Shown: piece by piece, positions 29,331-39,325 of the stretch
How the letters are laid out: each line of letters opens with the position of its first letter
Position numbering within the stretch: position 1 is the stretch's first letter
Source of the DNA: Candidatus Woesebacteria bacterium
Lineage (GTDB): Bacteria; Patescibacteriota; Microgenomatia; UBA1400; UBA1396
Length of the DNA stretch: 64,000 nt
Direction: 5' to 3'
Assembly (NCBI GenBank): GCA_021208605.1
Contig: JAJOJK010000015.1
Span: 343 to 64,342 of the forward strand
Translations under genes and position numbers: made by a program
Notes under the pieces: generated by a model
What the model was told of the DNA's origin: nothing
The model's database searches: none
What the model saw: only the letters and a program-made list of their open reading frames with translations

Positions 29331-30863
29331 CGTTTCGCTTATCCGAACGATGTCTCTATCAACCATGGCTTGAAAGCCTGGTGTATAGGTAATATCAACG
29401 ATTTTCTTGTCTTTTATCATGATCTTTGTGGTGAACCATTTGAGGAATTGTTTGCGTTCCTTTTTGTTGAAGGCATCATAGAGTTCGGGCAAGCGTTTCA
29501 TGAACTTAATGATCGTTTCGATCTTTTCCTCATCCATATTATTTGAAGGGCGATTGAGCTTCTCGATTTTGGCTTCTACGGCTGTAAGCTCATCTCTTAA
29601 AGGTTTGTACTTTTTCTCGATTCTATCCTGCGGAATCACCTCTGAAACCATTTGATCTTCCAGCTTATCCATTTTCTTTTCTATTGATTCTTTACGCTTT
29701 TGGAGAGTGTCGAGCCTGTCTTTTACAGTATCGCCTTGGTTTTCCATGAGTGACATCAGTTCTTGGCGAAGGCCATCAAAAAAGGTATCGGTGAATTCTA
29801 AACCTGTGATCCATTTGTACAGTTGGTCGTGTACTTTCTCAATATTGGCATATGGTTCATCACAAGTATGTCCATGGTTTTTAGGTCCCATGCAGCGATA
29901 GTACTTGTAGATTTTGCCAGTACTTTTCTCATGTTTCTCACCAGACATTAAAGAACCACAGTGCTGGCAGTAGACTAAACCTGCCAAAAACCAGTTATGC
30001 TTTCGTGACCTATTTGCTCCTTTGTTGTGTTTTTTCATAATTGCCTCCGCTTTTTTGAATTCTGTGATATTGATAAGTTGAGGGTGCTGGCCATTTTTAT
30101 AGATTTTGCCATCGTACTTTACCCAACCAAGATAACGTACATCGGTTAGGATTTTTTGAATGTTACTTGAATGAACACGTTTGCCATTTCTGGTGCGAAA
30201 ACCTTCCGCATATAGTTCATCACCAAGGGTATGAATGGAGTAGTTGTCAGTGTTGTATCGGCGAAAAGCTTCTTTGACATAGTACTCTCGTTCTTTGTCG
30301 ATTTTCCAGGGTACTCCTTTTTCATATGAGTTTAGATATCCAAGCACAGCTCCACCAGGTTGAAGTCCTTTTTCTGCCAGACCAACCATAGTACGTTTGG
30401 TTTTAACGCCAGTTATCTCTCTTTGTAGCTGATTAGCACCAGCCATAATGAGGTCAACAAAGTTGCCCACAGGGTCATCACCAAAATTAGGTTGCTGGGT
30501 AGCAATCAGAACTACGTCATGCTTTTTAAGAAATGATTTGACGGCTAAGTGGTCCTGAGCATTACGAGCAAAGCGATCAGTTTCCTCTAGTAGTACGGCA
30601 TGAACATCGGGGTCGTCTGCACAGCGTTCTAGCATACGATTGAATTCAGCTCGTCCTGATGTTGAACCACCACTCTTACCACCGTCTTTGAATGCTTCTA
30701 AAATTCGCCATTCACGGTCTTTTGCAAACTTGGTTAGGCGTTCTATTTGATCTTCGAGTGAATGACCTTCTTCGACTTGGCGGCTAGTGCTGACACGAGC
30801 GTAGAGTAGACAGTTCTTAACGTGGTCAAATTGTGAGGTGTCTGTGCTTTGATACATATTCAT
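29295..30863 (-). CDS. large serine recombinase (integrase)
   Basis: YARVST catalytic Ser, DRFARN, recombinase domain, CxxC/YYRC zinc ribbon, coiled coil; C-terminus WLPRVDSNHEP read through the tRNA. Confidence 0.95.
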   Translation of the reverse strand: MNMYQSTDTSQFDHVKNCLLYARVSTSRQVEEGHSLEDQIERLTKFAKDREWRILEAFKDGGKSGGSTSGRAEFNRMLERCADDPDVHAVLLEETDRFARNAQDHLAVKSFLKKHDVVLIATQQPNFGDDPVGNFVDLIMAGANQLQREITGVKTKRTMVGLAEKGLQPGGAVLGYLNSYEKGVPWKIDKEREYYVKEAFRRYNTDNYSIHTLGDELYAEGFRTRNGKRVHSSNIQKILTDVRYLGWVKYDGKIYKNGQHPQLINITEFKKAEAIMKKHNKGANRSRKHNWFLAGLVYCQHCGSLMSGEKHEKSTGKIYKYYRCMGPKNHGHTCDEPYANIEKVHDQLYKWITGLEFTDTFFDGLRQELMSLMENQGDTVKDRLDTLQKRKESIEKKMDKLEDQMVSEVIPQDRIEKKYKPLRDELTAVEAKIEKLNRPSNNMDEEKIETIIKFMKRLPELYDAFNKKERKQFLKWFTTKIMIKDKKIVDITYTPGFQAMVDRDIVRISETWLPRVDSNHEP

Positions 30864-30874
30864 CCTTATACTTA

Positions 30875-30962
30875 AATGGCCGCCCTGGTGCACTCAACTA
30901 GAAATGACTTCCAATTGTCCAAGACGGCCATTAAAAAAAGCCATTTCTATAAGCTGAGTGCA
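30875..30962 (-). promoter_or_regulatory. interleaved stem pair (A-B-A'-B') in the recombinase leader
   Basis: 30875-88 pairs with 30919-32 and 30889-910 pairs with 30938-62; the non-Watson-Crick positions are G.U on the minus strand. Confidence 0.65.
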
Positions 30963-30980
30963 TAGCTATTTTCTCTGATT

Positions 30981-32489
30981 TCATACTCTTTCGTCAAATG
31001 GAGTTCGTGATGGTCGGTAGTGGCTGTCTTTTACCGCTTTTTCCAGCATGAAGCTCATCTGCTCCTTAGTAACTTTTTGAATTTCTTCCTCAGTTGGTTC
31101 TACAAATTGAATGTCATCGTGGCAGTCAAAAACAGGATCCTCCGAGCCAATAGTAAAGTTGCTGAAGTAGTTGTATATAAAATCAATGTATTGCTGATGC
31201 TGTTGGAGCATAAAATCATAGTGCTCCTGAGCTGCTTTGGCATACCAGCTCTTGCGAGACACAATCTGAGTGCCATCAAAGTAAAAGTCCTCGACTGTCT
31301 CAATCACTCTGACATAAGCAAGGAGTCTTAATTTGATTACTGATATAGAGAAAAGAAGTTCCTTAATTCGTTCTAAAGTCTTGGCTTCTAGGTGTAATTT
31401 TTTATCACCACTAATTGGCTCGTAGGTAATTGCGTTGAAATGATCTAAGTGTTCAAGCAATCGTTTCTTGATGATATTAGCAGTAAGCTCATCAGTTTTC
31501 TTTTCTTGGCTTTGTTTGGTTTGAATAATGGCTACATCGTTGTTGCAAAAATAAATGAGGTTATCGACATCATCAATAAAATCGTTGAAGCCTGTATCGT
31601 ACTTTTCTAAGTATTTATACCAACTGGTGGCTGTTATTCCTGGCTTACCTTCATCTTCTGAGGTCCCGTAAAAACCAAACTCGCTGCCAATTGTGGCGGC
31701 TTCGAGTACTCCTTCATCAATCAGTTTTTGGAGTCGTTGTTTTTGATTTTCAATTTCACCAAGCCATTTTTGAGTGTCAGCTGGATCGGTGGGAGTAAAG
31801 TCATACTTGGTTGTCACCATTTCTCTCATTTCGTCACGACTCTTGCCTTCATACACGGCATATTCCTGATAAAGATGCACAAAGGCATTTTGCTTATCTT
31901 TATATTCCAGGTAGGCAGCTACTCGTTCTTCAACATAGTCAAGATACTCATCTATCAGTTGATCCTCGGTTTTATTGGCATCAGCTACCAGCTGTTTGTG
32001 GACCATAAATAGATCCGTGTCTTTCCACCAACCCTTTGATTGGAGTTTGGCGAGTGCCTCATGCTCAGCCAAAGTTTCTAAAGAGAAAACAGCTGATAGT
32101 TCTTGGGCTTTTTGTTCTTCATATAATTCTTGATAACCCTGTTGAGTCACAATTTTAGGTAACCAGTTTAAATCTCGGCGAGTGAAGTGACTGTAAATAC
32201 TCATGGACCATTGCTGATATATTTTTTCAAGTTGCTGAGAGTAGAGAAAAAATCGCAAGTACATAGTCTGAAAGTCAGCCTCCATGACGACATGAACCGT
32301 TTGAATAATATCCATGTAGAAGTTGAATTCAGTTATCTGATTGCTACTCATGTTCATTTTTATCTTGTTGATTTCATGGCCCAAGTCTTCACCAGTTTCA
32401 TCACCCTTGACGATATATTCAGCAATGATTTTGGCTCGCTCTTTAGCAGTTAGAACACCAGCCAGAGCTTGGATAGAGAAGTTTTTCAT
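30981..32489 (-). CDS. hypothetical protein (502 aa, helical)
   Basis: Long ORF coupled to the upstream gene by an ATGA-type overlap. Confidence 0.75.
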   Translation of the reverse strand: MKNFSIQALAGVLTAKERAKIIAEYIVKGDETGEDLGHEINKIKMNMSSNQITEFNFYMDIIQTVHVVMEADFQTMYLRFFLYSQQLEKIYQQWSMSIYSHFTRRDLNWLPKIVTQQGYQELYEEQKAQELSAVFSLETLAEHEALAKLQSKGWWKDTDLFMVHKQLVADANKTEDQLIDEYLDYVEERVAAYLEYKDKQNAFVHLYQEYAVYEGKSRDEMREMVTTKYDFTPTDPADTQKWLGEIENQKQRLQKLIDEGVLEAATIGSEFGFYGTSEDEGKPGITATSWYKYLEKYDTGFNDFIDDVDNLIYFCNNDVAIIQTKQSQEKKTDELTANIIKKRLLEHLDHFNAITYEPISGDKKLHLEAKTLERIKELLFSISVIKLRLLAYVRVIETVEDFYFDGTQIVSRKSWYAKAAQEHYDFMLQQHQQYIDFIYNYFSNFTIGSEDPVFDCHDDIQFVEPTEEEIQKVTKEQMSFMLEKAVKDSHYRPSRTPFDERV

Positions 32490-32869
32490 TTAGAACCTTT
32501 CATTATGGATTTGCGTTCCAAAATTACACGTTCAATAACCTCTAGTCTTTTATCAAGGTCTGCTGATTCAATGGCTTTGAGCAAATGGCCAGCCAAATAA
32601 CCCACCGTGCTGGCTACTTTTGGTGGAATACTGCCATCACGAACACCGTTGATCGTTTCCTCTAATAATTGGACTACGCCGTCTGGCTGGCGGACATCAA
32701 TCGCTGGCAGGTCAGTACTGTCTTTTCGAGACGAATTGAGTCCACCAAGCACTACCGCTTGGGCATGTTTATCACGAGTTTCGGGATTGTGAGTAAAGCA
32801 GAACTCACTCCCTTTCATGGCATGAGCCTTACAAGGTTGGTTATTAGCTTTGATATAAGTGCATTGCAT
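32486..32869 (-). CDS. small Cys/His zinc-finger protein typical of phage/satellite elements
   Basis: C-x9-C-x9-C-x2-H (CTYIKANNQPCKAHAMKGSEFCFTH) plus a helical C-terminus. Confidence 0.6.
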   Translation of the reverse strand: MQCTYIKANNQPCKAHAMKGSEFCFTHNPETRDKHAQAVVLGGLNSSRKDSTDLPAIDVRQPDGVVQLLEETINGVRDGSIPPKVASTVGYLAGHLLKAIESADLDKRLEVIERVILERKSIMKGSK

Positions 32870-32914
32870 AGTTTTCTCCTGGTTTATTAGTAACAGTTAT
32901 GGGTAGAGGGGAGA

Positions 32915-35260
32915 TTAGAAGAGTGCCTCCTTCATCTCCTCCTCGGTCATGTTTTCTACGGTTTTGTTGTCAGTGTTACCAGTGCTTTCAGGCCCAGAGC
33001 TGTCAGGTGCTGATGTGCTGGAAGCAGTGGTGGCAGTTTTTATGATTCTTATGTAAGTGCCATCCTCCATTTTTTCTTTGGTGACATTGAGGCCATAGGC
33101 CATTAAATTAGGACGGACATCTTTGATTTTTCGCCACAGCCAAGTTGGGGATTTAGGAAAGCCCTGTTTGATTTTGAGGTTTTCAGCTATTTCAAAGAGT
33201 TCTTTATAAAGGTCCGAACTGCGTAGCTCTTGGTTTGATTTATTCCTCATGAACTCCATAATGGTTTGGGCAACAGGTGAAGAGTCTATGGCTTCTTCAT
33301 TTTGTTGCTTGACGTTTTGATTGAAGGCATCGGAGAGATCTTGTTCGGTATAGCCCAAGTGTATTGCTGCAGCAGTGGCGTATTTGAAGTAGTCAGCCAT
33401 ACGAGGTTTAGTAGTAAGTTCGATATCGTGGACGGTCCTGAGAGTAGCGACTACTGCATCAAATAAGGCTCCAAGAATAAGAGCTTTATCTGTTTTGAAG
33501 CGTTGCCACAGGTTTTTCTCTTCACGTCTATCCCCATCAGGTATTCGCTCTAAGGGTACGATAATGCTTCGGTCCAGAAGGTCAGCTTTGGTTGCGACTT
33601 GATTGATACCACAAAGGCCAGCTACTCTTTTGTAGGCATAGAGCACGTCTTCATCATCGGTAAATAGTTGCCTCTTCGTAAACCCATCACCAGTTATCAA
33701 GCGGCAGAGGGCATCAGACAATGAAACAGACAAGGTTGAGAGGTTGTCCAAAAAAACAGCGTAATGATGACTGGCAAACTGGACCAACTCACGAATGGAG
33801 TCGGGAGGAGTGAGAAGCGGTACTTGGCTGGGATCAATCATCTCCCGAAGGATGCGTAATAGGCTTGATTTTGCCGAGCCCTGGTCACCATGAAGTACCA
33901 ACATGGCTCGTGGAATATCTGGAATTAGGCTAACGACTAAGAAGGTCAGGATTAGTAGCTTTTGCTGCTGGTCCCGAACATTCATGAAAGCAAGAATCTC
34001 TTCTAGGTTGCCACCACGCTTGGGCAATATTTGTGGCTTTTGATGTGAGAAACGGTTGAAGTAGACGCAGCAGCTACTATCAATACTCCAACCATCCTTG
34101 TCGATAGTTACCACATGGGTGCCATCGCCAATGTCATAGTAGATAGTATTTTTATGTCTACCTACTCGATTGAAAACGGTGATTTTGTCTCGGTCATAGG
34201 TAGCAATCCCTTGTAGCGTAGTAATAGCATTGCTCACAGCCTCGGAGCTAGGTGGTTTGCCTTCACTATCCCAAAACATCTTGAAGAGAAGTTGCTTTGT
34301 AGCTGATGAACTAATTTTGAAGGTTAAGAATCCCGTCTCAGGGGAAGTGAGAACTGGTTCGTGGAACTGATTGGTAAAAAGTTTGATACTACTGCTTAGA
34401 ACCATCTCAACCAGTAGTTTGGCTTGGCTGGGACGATTGGAGCCTCCGTCATCTTGCTCTGGCTGACCTTGTTCACGCTCGGCAATGGAATCAAATACAG
34501 TTCTGAGCTCGGTTGTTGAAAGTGGAGGTTTGTTTTGTGTATTCCAACCTTGTAGCAAAGGCCAAACAACTGCTTTCCATTCGTCTTTTGGATAACGACT
34601 AAGAAGTGATCCTGCTACCTGAGTAGCTGAGTGGTTACGGGTAGATTTTTCCACACCTTCAAAGACATTTTCATCGCTTTTTACGCTAAGTTTTAACTGT
34701 TGGTTGCCATTGATAGATTCAATAAGGCTACCAGGCATTTCAGACAATTCGGTATCTTCTGGACTGTTAAGCCAGTAGTATTGGTTCCCAGAGGGGTGTC
34801 TGCTGGGTGGCAAGATGGCATAACCACCTTCACCTCGAAAGTCAGTGTTTTTGATAAAACCAGCTGCATTCTTGATAGGTTTTTCTGATGATTTGAAGAA
34901 ATAATGACGACCACCAGATCCAGTTTGAGAGAATGGTGTGGTGGGCAAAGTAGACGTGTCGAACATTGAACCCTCATCAAGGTCAAGAACTACCACGCCA
35001 GATATTGAGCCTGTGACGAGGGCATAACCAGCAATCTTGGGGTTGGAAGCCCACTCACCAACTTGTTCTGTAGATGGTAGCTTGGTTTGAAATTCCTTCC
35101 ACTTAATTAGCGGCTTCTTATCGCTAGAGACTGGAATAATGGACCAACCAAGGCTCAGATAGTATTCACCAAGTTCTCGCCATTCTTGATTGTTTGCTGG
35201 TGTGCGGTTTGTTATAGTAGGCATATCAATCTGTGGGAGGGTGAATCCTGTTGGACACAC
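32915..35260 (-). CDS. bifunctional primase/polymerase (Prim-Pol) with primase C-terminal and P-loop helicase-like domains
   Basis: WSIIPV..DKKP...W, VVLDLD, TGSGGRHYFF, DFRGEGGY..LPPS.H.SG..Y.W; RNH...PPL..EL; GDQGSAKS Walker A. Confidence 0.9.
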   Translation of the reverse strand: MCPTGFTLPQIDMPTITNRTPANNQEWRELGEYYLSLGWSIIPVSSDKKPLIKWKEFQTKLPSTEQVGEWASNPKIAGYALVTGSISGVVVLDLDEGSMFDTSTLPTTPFSQTGSGGRHYFFKSSEKPIKNAAGFIKNTDFRGEGGYAILPPSRHPSGNQYYWLNSPEDTELSEMPGSLIESINGNQQLKLSVKSDENVFEGVEKSTRNHSATQVAGSLLSRYPKDEWKAVVWPLLQGWNTQNKPPLSTTELRTVFDSIAEREQGQPEQDDGGSNRPSQAKLLVEMVLSSSIKLFTNQFHEPVLTSPETGFLTFKISSSATKQLLFKMFWDSEGKPPSSEAVSNAITTLQGIATYDRDKITVFNRVGRHKNTIYYDIGDGTHVVTIDKDGWSIDSSCCVYFNRFSHQKPQILPKRGGNLEEILAFMNVRDQQQKLLILTFLVVSLIPDIPRAMLVLHGDQGSAKSSLLRILREMIDPSQVPLLTPPDSIRELVQFASHHYAVFLDNLSTLSVSLSDALCRLITGDGFTKRQLFTDDEDVLYAYKRVAGLCGINQVATKADLLDRSIIVPLERIPDGDRREEKNLWQRFKTDKALILGALFDAVVATLRTVHDIELTTKPRMADYFKYATAAAIHLGYTEQDLSDAFNQNVKQQNEEAIDSSPVAQTIMEFMRNKSNQELRSSDLYKELFEIAENLKIKQGFPKSPTWLWRKIKDVRPNLMAYGLNVTKEKMEDGTYIRIIKTATTASSTSAPDSSGPESTGNTDNKTVENMTEEEMKEALF

Positions 35261-35275
35261 CCTCCTGCTTTCGTT

Positions 35276-35662
35276 TTATTTACTCGCTGGCATTACCTCT
35301 GAAATAATTTGCCAGCCATCTTTATCACCAGGCTTATCTTTTACGAGTATCTGGCAGGGTTTGCCCACCAAAGCACCTAGGTCAATCTCAGTGCTTGTTT
35401 CAGGTGACTTTCCAATAAGTGCGGCTACAATGTCGTAGAGCTTGGTATTTTTAGCACCTGTGCTGAGTTTCATACTGGCGATGGTGGTCCTCTCGGTATC
35501 CTTGTACTCGCCGTCAGTAATGAGAAACGTGAGTTTAAGATAAGGACCAAAGTCACCCTCGCTCTTTTCAAGATCTGATAGCTTTGCCTGATATACGCCT
35601 GCTGGTATTGGTTCAGGGGCACTGGTTGTTTTTACGGTTAGCGTCATGTTTTTTGATGACAT
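35276..35662 (-). CDS. putative phage-type ssDNA-binding protein (DUF669-like)
   Basis: PIPAGVY.AK, LTF.I..GEY, L..LVGKPC.I.V. Confidence 0.6.
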   Translation of the reverse strand: MSSKNMTLTVKTTSAPEPIPAGVYQAKLSDLEKSEGDFGPYLKLTFLITDGEYKDTERTTIASMKLSTGAKNTKLYDIVAALIGKSPETSTEIDLGALVGKPCQILVKDKPGDKDGWQIISEVMPASK

Positions 35663-35710
35663 ATTTTTCCTTTGTGTAATTTGTAATTAAGTTTGGGTTG
35701 AAAATACTTT

Positions 35711-35998
35711 TTACATAAGCTCTCCTTCCTCGGGCATAAGAAGCTCATATGCTTTTTGTGTTATTGCTTCTTCAATTTGTTGTCCAACTTCGTAGTTGAT
35801 TGGGTAAAAAATAGGAACCTCAGAACCATTTTTTAGTCTTTTGGTTGGGTAGACACAGCGGAAACCTGTTCCGTCTCTTTTTGTAAAAACGGCAACATTG
35901 CCTACATAAAAATCATGGTCAATTACAAAGTTTGCGAAGAAAGTAAGGCCATTTATGGCTCTAATAGGGATGAGCTCAATTTCACTGATGTTTTTCAC
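35711..35998 (-). CDS. SpoVG-like nucleic-acid-binding protein
   Basis: L.FFANFVID..F.V..V.V, P.KR...G, YPIN......IE.AI. Confidence 0.7.
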   Translation of the reverse strand: MKNISEIELIPIRAINGLTFFANFVIDHDFYVGNVAVFTKRDGTGFRCVYPTKRLKNGSEVPIFYPINYEVGQQIEEAITQKAYELLMPEEGELM

Positions 35999-36155
35999 TT
36001 GAATGCTCCTTTCTTTTTTCTTGTTCTTCTAATCTATTGACAAAAGACAAGAGGAGCTCTGCGAGTGAATGAAACGATCCTGCAACAATTTCTTCCTCAT
36101 TGGAATCAAGTTGGGATCTAAGGGATGTTATAGCTTGAAGATTATTGTCTTCCAC
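35982..36155 (-). CDS. small hypothetical protein (57 aa, not in the ORF track)
   Basis: GGAG RBS then GTG: MEDNNLQAITSLRSQLDSNEEEIVAGSFHSLAELLLSFVNRLEEQEKRKEHSSEKHQ*. Confidence 0.45.
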   Translation of the reverse strand: MEDNNLQAITSLRSQLDSNEEEIVAGSFHSLAELLLSFVNRLEEQEKRKEHSSEKHQ

Positions 36156-36232
36156 TTGTGCTCCACGTATTTAATAAGTAGAGCAAGTCTAGCTTTGTAT
36201 ACCTGGGAGCGGTCAAAAGGGGAAAAGAGTGG

Positions 36233-37279
36233 TTAGGAGTGGCTAGGAGTGATTAACTTATAACCATCTCCTGTAGGAAGAAAAACTTCAGATTCGGGAT
36301 TGGTCTGAGTATTGATCTTGTAGTACCGTCTTATTTCTCTGATTTTTTGCTTGATGTATTCTCTTTTTTCATTAAAATCATTTTTATCTTCTAGTTGTTT
36401 CGGAATGGCCGCAAAGAACTCGCCCCACTTTACTTCTGAGCCTTTTTTCTCAATAAGAAGTTTTAGCAACTTAAATTGAGGTCCATTTAACTTATAGCGA
36501 TGTGTATGTTCTCCAAAAGTAGATAGACCTGTGTTGATATTAAGCGATAGTTTCCCCCAATTAACTACTTGGGAAGGCTCATTTAACTGAAGCATTTTTG
36601 TAGGGTTGCTTAAATTAACAGCACTGAGTGGCCTTACCTCTTGTGTCATTCTGACAGTACCAGGTTTGCTGCCTTGAGATAAACCAATCTGCCTTTCATA
36701 AAAAGCAATTTGCAAATCAAGTAGCCTATTTTCTTTCCTTCTTCTTTCTTCAAGATACCTTTGAGAGCTATCAATATTATCAGTTGAGTGAGGTAAAGCT
36801 GTGTAGCTATCTTGTTCGTGATATTTTTGACCAATATGGATAGCAGGTGTAACAATTCTAAAAAAAGATGGATCTATTAGTGGCTTTGTAATTACTTCAA
36901 CTATTTTGGCAAGTTTCTCTTGCAACTGCTGGACTACATCAAACATTGCAGTCCACTTTTTCATAGTGTTACTTATGACTTCACCAAATTTTTTGTAGAA
37001 ACTAATACCTAGATTAAGACTATTTACCAAGTCATTCGTTGGTATTTCAGTGGTAAAAACAGTGGGAGCAAGGGCTTTCGATATTGACGAAGTAGTTTGG
37101 ATAGCCTTAAACAAGGAGGAATCATTTAGATTCGGAGGAGAAAATATAATGGGTTTAAGGTCTGGGATTATTTGGCTGCTAATTGCTTTCCCCAGCTTAG
37201 AAATTTCATTTAATTCTGAGGGAGATATTATTTCCCCTTCAATTGCTTTGTTATCTTTTTTTGACGGTAGTTTTGGCAT
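36233..37279 (-). CDS. hypothetical protein with C-terminal winged-helix-like region
   Basis: QFKLLKLLIEKKG...IREIR...GDGYKL resembles an OmpR-type wHTH. Confidence 0.6.
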   Translation of the reverse strand: MPKLPSKKDNKAIEGEIISPSELNEISKLGKAISSQIIPDLKPIIFSPPNLNDSSLFKAIQTTSSISKALAPTVFTTEIPTNDLVNSLNLGISFYKKFGEVISNTMKKWTAMFDVVQQLQEKLAKIVEVITKPLIDPSFFRIVTPAIHIGQKYHEQDSYTALPHSTDNIDSSQRYLEERRRKENRLLDLQIAFYERQIGLSQGSKPGTVRMTQEVRPLSAVNLSNPTKMLQLNEPSQVVNWGKLSLNINTGLSTFGEHTHRYKLNGPQFKLLKLLIEKKGSEVKWGEFFAAIPKQLEDKNDFNEKREYIKQKIREIRRYYKINTQTNPESEVFLPTGDGYKLITPSHS

Positions 37280-37365
37280 GGTTCGATACTTTTTTACACT
37301 TTTTGAATACGAGTTAGACCAGATTACCAGTAAAAAGCACGAAAGTGAAGCAAAAAAAAGGAAGT

Positions 37366-37641
37366 TTAGAACTCAATCAAGTCTCGGACCTTCACATTCA
37401 GGCCCTTAGCGATGCGGATAAGGTAGTTTACAGATGTGTTGACGTAACCATTTTCAATTTTTGCTAGATAAGACACGTTCATTTTAACTACATCAAGAGC
37501 GAAGCTTTCCTGAGTGTGGCCACGTTTCTTCCTGAGTTCCTTGATTCTTTCACCAAGCTTCTCACGATAGGGTAGGTACTGGTCATTTTTGATACTTATC
37601 GGCACATCTTTATTCTGGTTGTGCTTTCCATATTTAGCCAT
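37366..37641 (-). CDS. XRE-family HTH regulator
   Basis: LGERIKELRKKRGHTQESFA...SYLAKIENG. Confidence 0.88.
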   Translation of the reverse strand: MAKYGKHNQNKDVPISIKNDQYLPYREKLGERIKELRKKRGHTQESFALDVVKMNVSYLAKIENGYVNTSVNYLIRIAKGLNVKVRDLIEF

Positions 37642-37708
37642 TCTATATATGGAAAGATTGTGATAATATTGGAACCACCCACATAGAAATACCAAATAAA
37701 GGATAAAT

Positions 37709-38170
37709 ATGAAAAAATTACTCAAATGGGGTGCTATTGTATTAGTAGTACTCTTTGTTATTGGTGCCATTGCAGGCTCAGGTGATGACACTCCTAGATC
37801 TGAGACCTCAGCTCCAGCGGCAAAAGTAATGGAAAAAGGTGACACTAAAGAAGCAGCCGAAGTCGAAGAGACTTCTAATGAAACTACGGCACAGAAGAAT
37901 GCTGTTAGAAAAGCAAATTCTTATCTTAGCATGACAGGTTTCTCAAGAAGTGGCTTGATTAAACAACTCGAATTTGAAAAGTTCTCAACAGAAGATGCTA
38001 CCTATGCAGTAGATAAAATTAGTCCAGATTGGAATGAGCAGGCTGCAAAAAAAGCTAAAAGCTATCAAGATTTGTCAGGCTTCTCAAGAGATGGTCTTAT
38101 AAAACAACTAGAGTTTGAAGGCTTTACCACTGAACAAGCTGCTTACGGTGCTGATAGCGTGGGACTGTAA
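37709..38170 (+). CDS. Ltp-family protein (host-cell-surface HTH repeats, superinfection-exclusion-like)
   Basis: N-terminal TM/signal plus two repeats NA..KA.SY....FSR.GLI.QLEFE.F..E.A.Y..D. Confidence 0.88.
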   Translation: MKKLLKWGAIVLVVLFVIGAIAGSGDDTPRSETSAPAAKVMEKGDTKEAAEVEETSNETTAQKNAVRKANSYLSMTGFSRSGLIKQLEFEKFSTEDATYAVDKISPDWNEQAAKKAKSYQDLSGFSRDGLIKQLEFEGFTTEQAAYGADSVGL

Positions 38171-38201
38171 TAGCAAATTCTTTTTATAAAAAACGCCAAT
38201 G

Positions 38202-38230
38202 AAGGCCTCATCTTATTGATGGGGCTTTTT
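38202..38230 (+). terminator. rho-independent terminator
   Basis: AAGGCCTCATC-TTATT-GATGGGGCTTT followed by TT. Confidence 0.7.
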
Positions 38231-38380
38231 GTTACCAGTCTTGCCATGTTTGCAGGGTCCAGGCGAATTGAATGCTATCTGGTGCTGGTAGCATTGGCAG
38301 CACTGTAGGCAGAGCATATTTTGTAATTGGGATATCCAGTTTTATATTGTAAAATTGCCATATAAGTAAAGTTCATAGAT

Positions 38381-39325
38381 ATGTCAATTTTTTTAGGAAA
38401 ACATTTTGCCAAGTTGCAATCAAACCTCGAGCTAAAGGATACTCACCAAGGTTTGGTTGAGCAGCGACATAATGCTGTACGAACTTATCTTGAAAATAAC
38501 TCGACAAGAACCATAGAAACAAAGCTTATTGGTTCATTGCAAAGGCAAACCAGAGTGCATCCAAGACCAGATGATGTCTTTGATATTGATATCCTGGTGA
38601 TCCTTGGCACCTTCTCAACTAGAAGTCCTTCTGGCTTGAGCTCCAACCAAGCACTTGGGATTCTTGATGAATTGCTTCAAACAAGTGACAGATATTCTGT
38701 CATGAATCCTGTTCAAGATGCTCCTACGGTAACTTTTCCCTATGGTGATGGGAAAATCAAGGTAGAACTTGTTCCCGCATACCGAGATAACATAGGTCTC
38801 TCCTTAGATGGAGCTCAATCCTATCAACAGGGCCGCTGTTATTGGGTTGCAAAAGAACATGGCTGGGAAATAGCTGACTACGACTTTGAGGCTGTTTACC
38901 TGACAGAAATGAATAAAGCCACAGGTGGAAGATTAATACCCTTTATCAAAGTTCTCAAAGCCCTAAAGCGTCATGTCCTAGATATAGAAGGACTAGATTC
39001 CGTCCACTTAGAAATACTTGCAACGGAGTTACTTCCGGGACTTGTTGCTCGTAGAATTGCAAACAACTTTCCAATCAATACACCACTACTTCTAATTGAC
39101 ATGATGAATGAAATGCAAAAATACTTGAATCAACCTATTAATTTTCAAGGATCTCACTTTCCTGATCGATATATTCGAGAGCCAGCCTTGTCATATCTAA
39201 CAAGAGCTCTACCAATTATTTCAGAAAATATGATATCTCTCTTGAACCCCAATCTGCCAGAGACTACAAGAATTGCAGGTTGGAAGGAATTATTTGGAAC
39301 CGTTTTTCCAGAGGAGGTAGAATGA
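38381..39325 (+). CDS. CD-NTase/SMODS cGAS-like nucleotidyltransferase
   Basis: LIGSLQRQT (GS motif), DIDILV, VELVPA, IKVLKALK...S.HLE. Confidence 0.85.
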   Translation: MSIFLGKHFAKLQSNLELKDTHQGLVEQRHNAVRTYLENNSTRTIETKLIGSLQRQTRVHPRPDDVFDIDILVILGTFSTRSPSGLSSNQALGILDELLQTSDRYSVMNPVQDAPTVTFPYGDGKIKVELVPAYRDNIGLSLDGAQSYQQGRCYWVAKEHGWEIADYDFEAVYLTEMNKATGGRLIPFIKVLKALKRHVLDIEGLDSVHLEILATELLPGLVARRIANNFPINTPLLLIDMMNEMQKYLNQPINFQGSHFPDRYIREPALSYLTRALPIISENMISLLNPNLPETTRIAGWKELFGTVFPEEVE

